Both the position numbers and the translations under genes were made by a program. The notes below the pieces were generated by a model. It was not told the DNA's origin. It did no database searches and worked only from the letters and a program-made list of their open reading frames with translations. From assembly GCA_964187785.1 (NCBI GenBank), contig OZ076421.1, positions 43,338,001-43,402,000 on the forward strand: a stretch of 64,000 nucleotides of DNA. The letters run 5' to 3'. The first letter of the stretch is position 1, and every line of letters begins with the position of its first letter. Origin of the DNA: Amphiscolops sp. MND2022. Lineage: Eukaryota. Shown here piece by piece: positions 49,115 to 60,910 of this stretch.

Positions 49115-49959
49115 TACATGAGCTCTAGAGATTGAGCAAATGAAACCTCCATAGCTCTAAATGAATGATTATATCGAGAAATCAACTTTTCAACCTTAGC
49201 GCAAGTTTACTATTTTTTCCATCTGGCGCCACGGCGAGGGAAGGACAAGAAACATTATTCAATTGAGTACTTTTTTAGTTCAAAAAAACAAACAAATTTC
49301 AAAACTTCAGGTTGAATGTTATCAATGAGGATGGAGAATGAAATTTTGCACCTCATTCTCTATTCTGGATAATTAATCAGATAACCTAAGTTGATAAATA
49401 AATAGAAACCAAAAAAGGCCTGGAACTGAAGACCAGTTTACATAATAAACTTCAATGAAGATACAACTTTTTATAATGTTTGTAACAATTTCAAAGTAGA
49501 AGAACTATGAACATTGGTGGGAAAAGTTACTTGGCATAATTATTCCTGATGAAAAAACCTTTCTAGCGTGTCAGTTGTCGTTTCAAGTCAATTTTTCTTT
49601 GCTTTTTCGATGAATCATTTAAGTTTTAAATCGATTTGTTTTCATCAAGTCGTTTTTTTTCCGGAAACTACTATAGATTGACGGGTTTTCTTCCGTTCTG
49701 CTACGTCCAAGGGGCAGCAATCCGTTTTCTGTCCTACAAGTACAATATGCGCATGGGTTATCAACTTTCAATAGTAAATCAAGGGTTTCAAATTTGGTGC
49801 AACCCTTCTATTACATACTTATATTGTAAAATACTAATTTCTCAAACGTTTCTTTAGCACGATGGACTCTTTTTCGGAAAAGGGCCTGCATGATGTTTCG
49901 CTCCCCTCTCTTGACGCATTCTGTACCTCACCATTGTCTAATATACTTCAATTTCAGAA

Positions 49960-51150
49960 TTTCATGTACACAACGCTCTGATTTCTTTCCCGATTGGCTC
50001 TAAGGCATGATCAAGGCATTTTGACTCAAGATGTGAGAGACCCGTCTGCCAGGTCCAATTTGGCAAACAGGACAAACTTTTTATAAAATTTTGACGGATA
50101 CTGATCAAGGATTTGAAGGAATAGTACCTGACGACCTTCAGCGTTTCATGTTTGGTGCTAAATAGATAGCACTCATGAAGCATGACGGAAGACTTCGACC
50201 TGTTGCTATTGGCAACACTCTCCGCCGGCTGTCTGCGAAATGTGCTGTTTTTCATGTTTATGATTTGCAACAGGCGCTGTATGAAGCTTTCAAGTAGGGG
50301 TTTAGACTAAATGGTTATTTGTGCTCTAGTTGAAAGTCCCCAACCTAAACGAAACATCAACGCTAAGAGAGATTTTAAAAAGCCAATAACGTGTGTCAAC
50401 AGACAGTTCATGCTCGATAAATCCTTTTCAATTCATCCTAAAATCTACAAATGTTAACATTCAGAATGTGGCCAGCCAAGTTCCTTTTCTTACGATTCCA
50501 AAAGAAGTCATGTGACGTAACACAGCAAAAAGATGCTGTATCGCACAATTTATTTTTTGACGACAACATTTGGAAAATGGTAGTTAAAATACAGTCCAGG
50601 AATACCTTTTGCTAGCTTAACGTTGGAAGTTTAGGCGACTATCACAAAACCGCGGTAATTGACCGTAGGCAAATTTTTGAAGCGACAACAAGCTTCGAAT
50701 GAAAGACAAACCCTCAAAATACGATCGTTTTTCGAGATGTCAACGGCGAGTGACAATCAGCACTTTTTCTGCGCTTCAAAAAGTTTGCCCGGGGATCAAA
50801 AAGTTGACGAAAGACGCACTAGCTATCTTCGAAGCAGCGCTAGGCGTAAAATCACAGGCAGAAATATTGGAAAAGAAGTATGATAAACTGAAAAATGTCA
50901 CTGAAGTATGTGTGAAAATAGATGCGTATTACGGATTTTTACGATGAAAAACTGTTCCCATTCACCAATGTTTTTTTACTTCCTGCGAACCAGCACGTGT
51001 TTTAGTCATAATACGCTTCTAGAGAAAGATGATGAAACCGTGAGAGACGAGTTTTCCAGTGTGTGCAACGTAAACTTCGACGATTTTTTGACTGTTCAGT
51101 GTTCAGCTGGGTTTGAATTGGTTGTCTAGGAGTGTCATCCGCATCATTCT
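49960..51150 (+). pseudogene. Decayed RT of a CRE/NeSL-like (RLE-class) non-LTR retrotransposon
   Basis: My translation gives FGAK..LMKHDGRLRPVAIGNTLRRLSAKC near 50150-50250 and KNCSHSPMFFYFLRTSTCF near 50950-51000. Confidence 0.7.
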
Positions 51151-51199
51151 TAGTACTTCCTGATTTTTGGTTTCGCCTTCTATTGCGATTTACTTCTTA

Positions 51200-51680
51200 G
51201 CAACTTCTTTCTCGGAAATGTTTGAAAAATTTCCGTTAAAAAGAACGCATGAAAAATGGATGGTTTTTGCAGGGTAGCGTTTCTGATGGGAAGAAGAAAA
51301 ATTGCACAAACACGAGTTCCAGCGTACTGCGCAAAATTTGATAGCTAAAATGGACGAAAATCGATCTACAACATTCCACGCTCATGGGTATAACTTCAAG
51401 TCGCGGTGGTTAATTCTCGTTCCCAATAATAACGTGGATTTACTTCGATATCGTAGCTAATTTCGCTCAGAAGCTTAGAAAATATGCCTCTGAAATCACT
51501 GTGTTTGATTTGAGTGTAACCACGTTTCGGACATTCCAGTGCCTGAGTTACAATGAAATTTTCAATGAAATGCGTAATCAGGTGAAGACGGCATTTTTCG
51601 TCCTGATCGAATCCATATTTACTAGCCATACGATTTAGGAGCTGAAGTAGTAGAAATAATAGTAGAATCCTTTTCAAGTA
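51200..51680 (-). pseudogene. Decayed C-terminal CCHC / restriction-like endonuclease region of a non-LTR element
   Basis: ORF 51396-51677 has ALECPKRGYTQIKHSDFRGIFSKLLSEISYDIEVNP, matching the H.L.C..GG...RH...RD....LL..V..EP pattern. Confidence 0.6.
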
Positions 51681-51999
51681 TCGGGAATTCTAAATTACGT
51701 ACATGTTATGAAAAAGGAAAACCCAAAATTTTGAACGACGAAATTAGCAGTAGCGTTTTATAAACAGTGAACAGGAGCAAGAGATATCAATGTCTAACAA
51801 TTTTGACAGAAGATATTTTACGGAGCGAAGTTTTGAGTTTTTGAAGCGACAGGTTGAAATCGAGCACTTTTTAATTGACAAGAGCATTTGCCTGCTCTAG
51901 TAAATCTAACAAAGAAGTTATTTTTAGAGTCAACTTTTTTGGTTTTCAGAACATCACAAAGAGCCAAGAGTACATGATCTGGTGTTCAGGGTACTCGTT

Positions 52000-53460
52000 G
52001 CAAGATTGTGATCGACATCTAGACAACCGTTGTGTAGTTTGCATTGCAGTATGAGGTTGTTTTCCGCCAGCTGAAAACAAAAGAGATGTAAGAATGACTC
52101 AACAGGGTTGACTTGTTTTTTTCCATCTTTTGAGGTAAGTAACTGAAAGCGCCCATACAGGAGATCCATATAGCAGAATAGATACTACCAAAGAGTGGTG
52201 AAGTCATTTCTTTCTGGGACTAGAGGTAGAAAAACGGTTGGTTCGATGCATATATTTGAAGACTCTTCTGCATTTGGCGAGTTTTGTTTCAATATGTTTC
52301 GCCCAAGCCTGGTTAGATGCGATTGTGAACCCAAGGTCTGCAGTGCAATTTTTCAAATAACTGAATATTTGATCCATGTTTTAGCATTACAATAGAGAAT
52401 GGAATACATTTACATTTTGAGGGATCAAACTGAGACCATTTAGAACGTAAAACTGCAAAAGGGCATCAAGATACAGTCAAAGTGTACTTTTAAGTTATCA
52501 GCAAACAAAAAGGATATCCACGGTCAATAGAATCCAACATATCGTTGATGAACAGAGTGAACAACAGTGGCCCGAAAACACTTCCCTGAGGAACACCTGA
52601 AGGAACAGAAGCGGGGGACTAGAGGCTCTGTTTCACTTTTTAAACATGTTTGAAATGTACGATTCTATTAATTTTGAGAAACTACGACATTAACCAAAAT
52701 GTTTGAGCTTAACAGAAATTTGGATTAAAGCAATTGATGGGAAACAAGATTGAATTCTTTTTACACATCAAAAAAGGTAAAGTGGGAGTAATGGACTCCA
52801 TGGCACGATAGGCAAGATCTAAACATGTTATCACTTGAGTAACAGCGCTTCGGGCTTTCATGAAACCGTGTTGTTTTCTGTGAATTAGTATGACAACTTT
52901 GCAGTACATAAAGCTGAAAACAATACGCTCTAGAATGAGCGAGAGTTCGCAAAGATTACTGATTGGGCAATAACTCTCAATGGAAGCATTTTTATGCCAA
53001 GGTGTTATGTGCGAAGCTTTTCAAACATCAGGCCATGTCCGATCGTTAACAACACCTATGAATATTTCGACAACAAGTGGAGCCAAAAGATTGATGCGTT
53101 TCGAAGAACAAAGCAGGTACTTGATCATGGAATTTGAATTATCATAGTTCTGCAGGAGAGTTTCCACTTCAATAAGTTAAAAATGCAAGTCATCTCTTAT
53201 AAGTATGGGTATAATTTCAGTTTCCCAAAATAGTGGGTACAAGTTTAGGTTTGTGGTCATTTGGCACAAAAATATTTGAGTCAAATGGCTCGTCGAAAGA
53301 AGGATGACAAATGATTTCAAACCAAGTGACTTGTGACTACTGCAATTAGAAGGTAGCACCAGAATGAGAACTCCTTCTTTCACAGATTGAAGAGTTTTTT
53401 CTCGTACTTTTCGTCAGTGACTGTTCCGTTGCTAATTTTGGGGATAACTTCTGATGCAAA
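52000..53460 (-). pseudogene. Decayed CR1/L2-like LINE reverse transcriptase
   Basis: QHGFMKARSAVTQ, SGVPQGSVFGPLLF (52560-52610), LFADNLK, ADLGF.I. Confidence 0.8.
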
Positions 53461-56400
53461 TGCTTTTTGCGATTTCTTCTAATCACTTCTCGGTTTGGTG
53501 TCTTGCAAGCGATGAAACAGTTTGTGTTGGACAGCATTCGTGATTACCTTGTTTACGTTCTGAGGCTTTGTTCACCATGTTTCCATAAAGGACCACAATA
53601 CACGATGACTGTCAATGATGACTTCGTTCTCATTGAAGAAGGCTGCTACTTTGTTCAATCCGGGCTCGGCTACAAGATGACACTTTGAGATCACAACCGG
53701 AAATCGTGTTGTGTTTCTTCAAGCTCAACAAGAATAGTCTTTGGAGTTGTTCGAACTTTCCCACCGCATTTCCGTCATCAGCGTACCTTTTCTGGGTGCA
53801 ATGGTTTGAAGGCGCGTTACCTATATTACCAATATAGGGATACCGATTCCTAGCGAAGAATTGGAATTGAACGATTTCTCATGAATTGGAAATTAGAATT
53901 GTATTTTTTGTCCACTAGGAGTTGGAATTCATACGCCCGGAATTGGACTTGGGTTGGAATTGATATCCCTGTATAGTACTATTTGTTGGGAGAGGCTTTT
54001 TTGCAATTCGACGATCAGCGATTGTGTTTTTGTTGGTTTGGTTCTGTCGGTCGACTGGGATGGTGGCTGGAATGAGTAGGAGCAGCAGTCGTGCTGCGTC
54101 GTTTATTTCGTTTCCTTTTTTGCATACCACGTGTGTGTTCCTTCCCTTATCAACCCCAACATGTGACCACCTACAGTGCAGATTCCATCGATCTATGTCA
54201 TTTGAAAATGAAAAATCTTCTTGAAGTAGTAGCAGTAGACATAATCACCAACATGATACCAGCACAATGGCGATGAATTATGAAATCTGATGTAGGAATC
54301 CATGGGTTACACTTTTCGCGAAGTTTTGGGTTCATCGGTAATGTGTCACAAGGCCTAAAGTGGTTTGGCTTAATGCATTTGGTCACTTGCCTTATGTATA
54401 TCAAGCCAAACGTCTTGGGTAAAAAGTCTTTTGGCCTAATTCCTTTTGGCTTAGAATCACTAAGTTGAAATTATTTGGTTGGCAGATTGTGGAAATTTTT
54501 TATTTTACGTAGTCAGCTATGTTCACATACCCCTGGTGCCCTAAATCCAGGGGCGAAGCGGAGCGACGTGCCTTATGGCTAGATCTCAATTTTTCTACTA
54601 GCCGAAGGAAGCAAAGCAACTGAGCCATACAACAAATATGCAAGCAGTTATTAAATTTTTTCGTTTCCTCGACTTGTCGTTTAAAGTTCATTTCAGTTTT
54701 GGTGGTTAAAAAATTGTTTTCAGACATTGCTCGAGTTAGAAGTGCCTTGGCTTAATTTTGTGGTTCGTTGGCTTGAAAAGTTTGAGCCGAAAGACTCGGG
54801 GAACGGAATTTACGCCAAATGACTTGTAATTGTTTCCTGGTTCATAGTCGACTTGTTTTTTTCGAATTTTTTATTTGAGTTCGGAAGCCTATTTCAGAGA
54901 CTCCTTTGGGTTTTGATTGCTCTCTTAAATAGTGTGTTTCCAATTATAATGAGTTTCGTGGCAGCTGTAGTGGCCCCAGGGGATCATTCTTGGCGAAAGC
55001 TCACTGTTTTATTCTGCGCGAGCCATCACCAAGAAGCAGAAAAATCGTCTCCGAGGTAAAACCATTGCAATCCCAAGACTCAGTTTCAACAGGAAAGCGC
55101 AAAAAGCAAAAACAGCTCAATTTTTCCTAGCAAGGTACTAGGAAGAGAATTTCGTCATTTGGCACGAGGTTCTCAATACCTAATTATCGGAACACATAAG
55201 CAACGGAAACACAAAACGCTTGGGGAAACAACTTGTCAGTGAGATTGAACCGAATGCGAAACGAATACCTTCATTAATATTTGTGAAAGAAACTCCACCC
55301 CTAATACAAGCGGAGATCCCAAACAGGGAAACTGCCAGTCGTGGACATCCTAAGGGATACAATGTCAAGAGGAAGATTACAAAACATCTGGGCAATGCAG
55401 AAAACTGCATCAAGACCTGAAGCTAGAGCACAAGGCTCTCGACACTGTTTTGAATCCCAAAGGCGTCGCATCCAGCTCATCAAGAAAAAGAGGCCTTCCA
55501 TGTTATCTGAGCGACGTAGACCCAACTACAGAAAGAAGCTAGAGTGCTGAACAAATCAGAAATTTTTGCTTATTTTGTTGAAACCTTCGGGTAGTTTCTT
55601 GCAGTGACAGTCGGTCGGTAGATGAGCACGCAAAAAAAACAATCAAAAGATGTCACACAATAACAAAATAACTGATAAACCTCAATGCAGAACCTGTCGA
55701 GAAGAATTAATTCAAGCTGGTCCATTTTTTCATTGTGTTACTAGCGCGGGGAAAGTGCACCTAACAGAAATCTGTACGCTTCTGTCTAAAGCAGCTTTGA
55801 ATGGCATTTAGGAACTTAGATTACTGAAGGCATTACAGATCTGCGATGACTGTGTGGGGATAAGAATATATAAAAAGCGACACTGATGAAAGTTAGCAAT
55901 ACAATCGAAGCAGCCCGCTTAAACAAAGAAATGAAAGAGATTATTAAAACTGTCAGTGAATTCAAAAAAACTCTGGATCATTTTAAAACTGAAGACAAAG
56001 GAAAGCCCACTGCGGAACAACCAAGAAAATTAAAATTGAGTCTGGGCCAAAAGTCGGAGTGCTCGCAATCAGAGGAATCATTGAGAGTGAATCACGAGAC
56101 CCTAGAGAGCAAAAAGAACACGATATGATCGAAATTAGTAACATATTAAAGTTCCTGGAAATAGACTGCCAGATCACTGACGTCTGGAGATTGGGTAGCT
56201 ATCAGAAGGAAAAAAATCGAACCATCGTCTTCAAAATAGCAACTTCGTGGCACAAAAGACTAATTTGAACATCTTTAAAAAAGCTCGAAGAATATGACAA
56301 ACCTGTTCCATAAGCAGAGAACTCACCACAATTGAAGCCCATGATAGAAGAATTGGCGCTGAATAAGCGCAAAGAACTGATTTACAATTGATCAACACGA

Positions 56401-58209
56401 GACTCCAGCAAAAAATTAGAACTGAATGGAAAGAAGTGAAATGTGACGAGGATGAAAACAGATGACTAGAGCTGAAGATGCATTTTTTCATGCTTGTATT
56501 TAATGTCTAAAGCATCCTGGAACTCGGAATCTCGGAATGCTTTGAAAATTCTCGACGACCATGATGTCTTACGCTTGAAAAAATTGACAGATATTCGGTC
56601 AACGGAATATGAAAATTTGGAGCTGTTCTAGTTGCACTGAAAAGAACAGTGGGGTTTACCAAAGTTGAAAACAACTACACCAACAATACGAGCGTATTAT
56701 TTGAGCTGGGGAAAAGCAAGTACTTGCTCTGCAGGTACATTTCCCAAAAACAGTCACTATCTTCTTGGCACGCCCACTATGATAATGGCGATGAATGGCT
56801 CCAACAAACGTCCGCAAATCAAAGGTTGTGACGCTCTACTGTATACATCGTGGGAGACATCAACTTCGATAACGCAAACTGGAATCAGATGACTCCGAAA
56901 GACGACAATGAATGCATCTTCTTAGATAATTTGTTCGAAAACAACTACCAACAACTAATTCATACTAGGCGAAAGTCCACAGACGTAATCATAACGAACA
57001 ACGCGGAATTTGTGCTCACCCTATTGGTGAACAACAAATCAAAACGTCTACATCGGTCAAATCATCCACCATATCAGACCAGATTACAGACACTGAGTTC
57101 ATATGAAAGAAAATTTTTCAAACTTCATACAGGATTCGGCTTCACACCTTTCGCTTATTCGGAAGACGATTGGAAAAACCATTCCTCGCACATCAACGCA
57201 CATCCTTTTACCTGTTTTTGCTACAGCAATGTTGAACTCGTCACTAAACTCTGGTTCGAGTAGTTGTACAATTGCGTCAGGTTATACATACCACAAACTA
57301 CGAAACATTGGAAAGAACTCGCTCAATAGGTTAGCTAGGAAACTTCTGATCTTCTCAAAAAAGGGAGACACTACAAAGATCTATGCTGAAGTTAGAGAAG
57401 CTTTCCAACGAAGCGAAGCTTTTACGACTTAACCAACTCCTGAAGAAAGCTTTATTATTGACCAGACGGAGTACGAAGAACAACGTTTGCAAATGGTAGT
57501 GTCTCAAAAATCGAGAAGTATTTCAAAAACCTCAAGAAACCTCAGCATTACCTCCTGAGATGTACCTGGACGCAAAACCTCGAAAGACGGAATAGAAATT
57601 ACCAAGATGTTAAATAGATATTTCCTTTCCAACTTCACGCTGACAGACTATAAACGAAAAGATACATAAGCACCGGCCTATTTGGAGACTTTCACTTCGA
57701 CGTAGATGAACCAGTTGCTGTTTTGAAGAAACTGTACGTTCACCAAGCTGGAGGCCCTGACGGACTCAGAGTTTATCCCCTCCGAAATCTCTCATCCTAT
57801 TTTGCAACGTCCCTCAAACTTGTTTACACCACGATAAGCAAGAAAACCAGCTTTCCAAGCATTTGGGAAGAAGGTAGAAAAAGTCCGCCTCATCACAAAG
57901 ATGGCAGCAAATAAGACGTCGAAAACTGTAAATCTATCACACTTCTTAACAGCGTCATGCCTCTTATTGAACCAGTAATCTTATAATCATCCGACGGTTT
58001 CACGAAAAAGAAGTCAGCTATCACACCGATGACTTTATACCTCGCAGAATTCAACAGTAATTACCACTCCAAAAACATACGAACTCTTTATCTAGATTTC
58101 GAGAAAGCCTTCAACAAAGTCTGCCATCAAAAGCTTCTTGAAAATGTGAGAGCACTTGGAATAGGTGGAAATGCAATGCGCCTCTTCCAAAGCTACCTCT
58201 TCAATCGGA

Positions 58210-59000
58210 AACAAGCCGGGAACGGCCGAAGTCGGCACCATATCCAAGGATCAATAAGACTCGAAAACCACTTTTTCTACAACTGGTTACAACAAACACT
58301 TTCAAAAAACTGAAAATTGAGGACCAAATTAATCCGAATTTTTTTCATTCGAATTTTTTTGAAGTCTCCGGTAAGTCGCTTAGTGCCAAAAAATGTAAAA
58401 GGGGGGTCCAAAATATCAAAAAGTTGATGGGGAAGCAAAAAAGACTTCGAAAAGAATGAGAAATTTGAACGGTGCCGAGAAAAGGTGGAAAGTCTCATGG
58501 TGTTGAAAATAGTGGAAAAGTGGACCAAGACAAAATAAACAGATTTGCCGGTCTCGACTCCAGTCACGTGGACCTAACTTCAGACATGGCTGACAAAGAA
58601 CGTGAACTAGAAAACCTACAGGTACTATTGATCGTTTCCTTCAATAAAAAGTCAATTGAAAAACCAGGCGGGGACGTCTGAAGTCGCCGCTATACCTACA
58701 GCTCAAAAAACGTGCAAAGTTTTTAAAATTGTAAAAGGGAGACCTTTAAAAAATTCGAAAAAATATCATAAAGCCAAAAGGGCGGGGAAAGTCTCATGTT
58801 GCCAAACAAAATGGAAATTGGGGACCCTTCAGCTTAGGAAAGGCTTTTATCTCATGTTAGAGGCTTTGGATTCGTTGAAAATGAAGTACTGAGTACATAT
58901 GGTGAAAGTGCAAGATGCACGAAAAGTGGACCGATCGCATTGATCTGACGAAAAAAACTAGACACTGTAAGAATCTGGATTTTCTTCGAAAGGTCCGACT
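58210..59000 (-). mobile_element. HINE-like repeat, copy 4, inserted in the LINE RT without TSD
   Basis: Removing 58210-59000 restores CGG AAA CAA CGG ACG GTC GTA AAT GGT (RKQRTVVNG) with no duplicated bases; target is A|A (T|T on the other strand). Confidence 0.8.
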
Positions 59001-59091
59001 AACAACGGACGGTCGTAAATGGTGCGGTATCAAATGTCGAAAATGTTCTCAGTGGATTTCCTCGAAGCTCAATAGTTGGACCTATGCTCTT

Positions 59092-59244
59092 GGTAGATAG
59101 TAAGTTCGTAGAAAACAAGTTTGTAGAAGTAAGTTTGTGATAAAGTGATAATGATAAGTTCGTAGAAAAGAAATACAAACTTACCCACCCATAGTAAGTT
59201 TGTAGAACTGTACAAACTTGCTTACTACGAACTTACTATAATCC
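59092..59244. mobile_element. 153-bp MITE with 8-bp TSD
   Basis: TSD ATGCTCTT at 59084-59091 and 59245-59252; imperfect 20-bp TIR sharing ATAGTAAGTTCGTAG. Confidence 0.85.
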
Positions 59245-59805
59245 ATGCTCTTTATCATTTTCATTAATGATCTCCCGCAGCAGATCAAGTCCAAGTGTTT
59301 TGGTTTCCCAGACAACTAAGAAGTAAATACCACTAATAGTTCTTCAATTTGATGCATATCGGATATGAAAATGGTGCTACAACAACATGCTTAGCCTAAA
59401 TTTGAAAAAGTGCAAACTTGTCCATTTCAAAGGGTCATCTACTGTCAAAATGAATGAGTTTACCATCCAGCAAGCAGAAGTTGAAAAAGATTTAGGTATC
59501 AAAGTCTCGAAATTGTTGACCTGGGGAGAACAAGCTGCGAAACGACGTGAAAAAGCAGTGAGATCACCCTTCATACCACAGCGAAATGTTTCCTGGAAAA
59601 CTTCTGAAAGTTTGAAGAAATAGTTGTAGAAAAAATACATTGTTCCCATTGTATCCTTTGGAGCAGTTCTCTGGAAAGCTTCAAAGACCAACCTCAGACA
59701 GATTGAAAGTGTGCAGGAAAAAATTCTGAGTTAGACGAAACCTTGCTGAGGCTCATGTTACTGCCACTTTCACTTCACCACGAATTACATGTACTCGTGC
59801 AGTGT

Positions 59806-60442
59806 GGAACCAGTTTGTAGAAAACCAGTTTGGAGAATCCAGTTTGTAGAAAAGTGTTGTCTAGTTTGAAGAATTTTTTTGTCCAAACTGGGCTCTACAA
59901 AATGGTATTCTACAAACTGGTTAGGTCCAGTTTGAAGAATTTATGTTGTAGAATTCTGGAATTGAAGAAGAACGATAAGACCAGTAATGTAGGAATGATC
60001 CAAAGCGTAAAACGTGCCTCGGATATGTCCCCATTTCCTCTGGTGCCCCGCGGCCCCTCAAGGCCGCTTTTGTTCCTATCTTGCTAAGCAAGGTCGAACA
60101 GGAGCAAAGACCTCGCGGGAAAGGAGTTCGCGAAGCGATCGTAGTGGGAGCTGGTCTTATCGACGGTGAGGGCGGGCGTGCATACACCGGATATGCCCCA
60201 CATTTCAGTTTTTAGATCTTATTCCTTTAGATCTTTAGCGGTGGAGTTCTCAGGATCTTGTGTGAAGGATGTCCAGTTTGTAGAATTTAATGATCCAGGT
60301 TGTAAAAATAAATGATCCAGTGTTTAGAAAAAAATGTAGAATTTAATGATCCAAGTTGAAGAATTAAATGATCCAGTGTGTAAAAAAGGACCAGGTTGTA
60401 GAAGTCTGCAAACTGTTATTCTACAAACTGGAACTAATTCAC
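59806..60442. mobile_element. MITE-like element with CCAGTTTGTAGAA terminal and subterminal repeats
   Basis: Direct and inverted copies of CCAGTTTGTAGAA at both ends; exact termini and TSD not resolved. Confidence 0.5.
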
Positions 60443-60910
60443 CAGTTCCTCTTGTAGACATTATTCACAAAAAATACACTTTGAACTGGGCAAATTACCT
60501 GAATGTTAACAAAGTCAACAATCCCACGAGATCTGAAAATCTGTCAGTATTCAAAACCCGACAGCGTAATACGGTTAAAGAAGAAAGTGATTTCTGAACA
60601 AGAGCATGTTACCTCGCAAACAAACTGGCAGTGGATTTTCCACAGACGTACACTCCACAGAAAACCCCAAGGGAAACTACATGTCTACTGGATTTACTTC
60701 TGCAAACATTACGACACTGCTAACATTTGCACATGGAATTTGTACTGTGCATGTTCGAACTGCAAAAACATTAATGTACACTGTGGCAAACTCTATTGTA
60801 ACAGATCATAAAATGTATAGATATATTTTAGAAGTGTCATTCTATTTCAGAGGACCATTGTATGAAATGAATGTTTTTTTGACTCTGTTTCTACAAATAG
60901 AGGTTTCTAT

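Larger units (their letters stand above)
55886..59800 (+). mobile_element. Decayed CR1/L2-like LINE (ORF1, APE endonuclease, RT) with nested insertions
   Basis: ORF1-like DVWRLG...RTIVFK; APE GDINFDNANW..FLDNL..NYQQLIH; RT AGGPDG, YLDFEKAFNKVCH.KLL, SG.P.S.I.GPMLF..FINDL, EKDLGI.VSK.LTW. Confidence 0.88.

Noticed and set aside
53900-55550. Short ORFs of 60-80 aa on both strands
   Set aside because: No motifs, splice support or homology within the window.
60020-60206. Hammerhead or HDV-like ribozyme
   Set aside because: No CUGANGA core, and the P1/P1.1 pairings could not be completed on either strand; kept only as an unexplained structured island.
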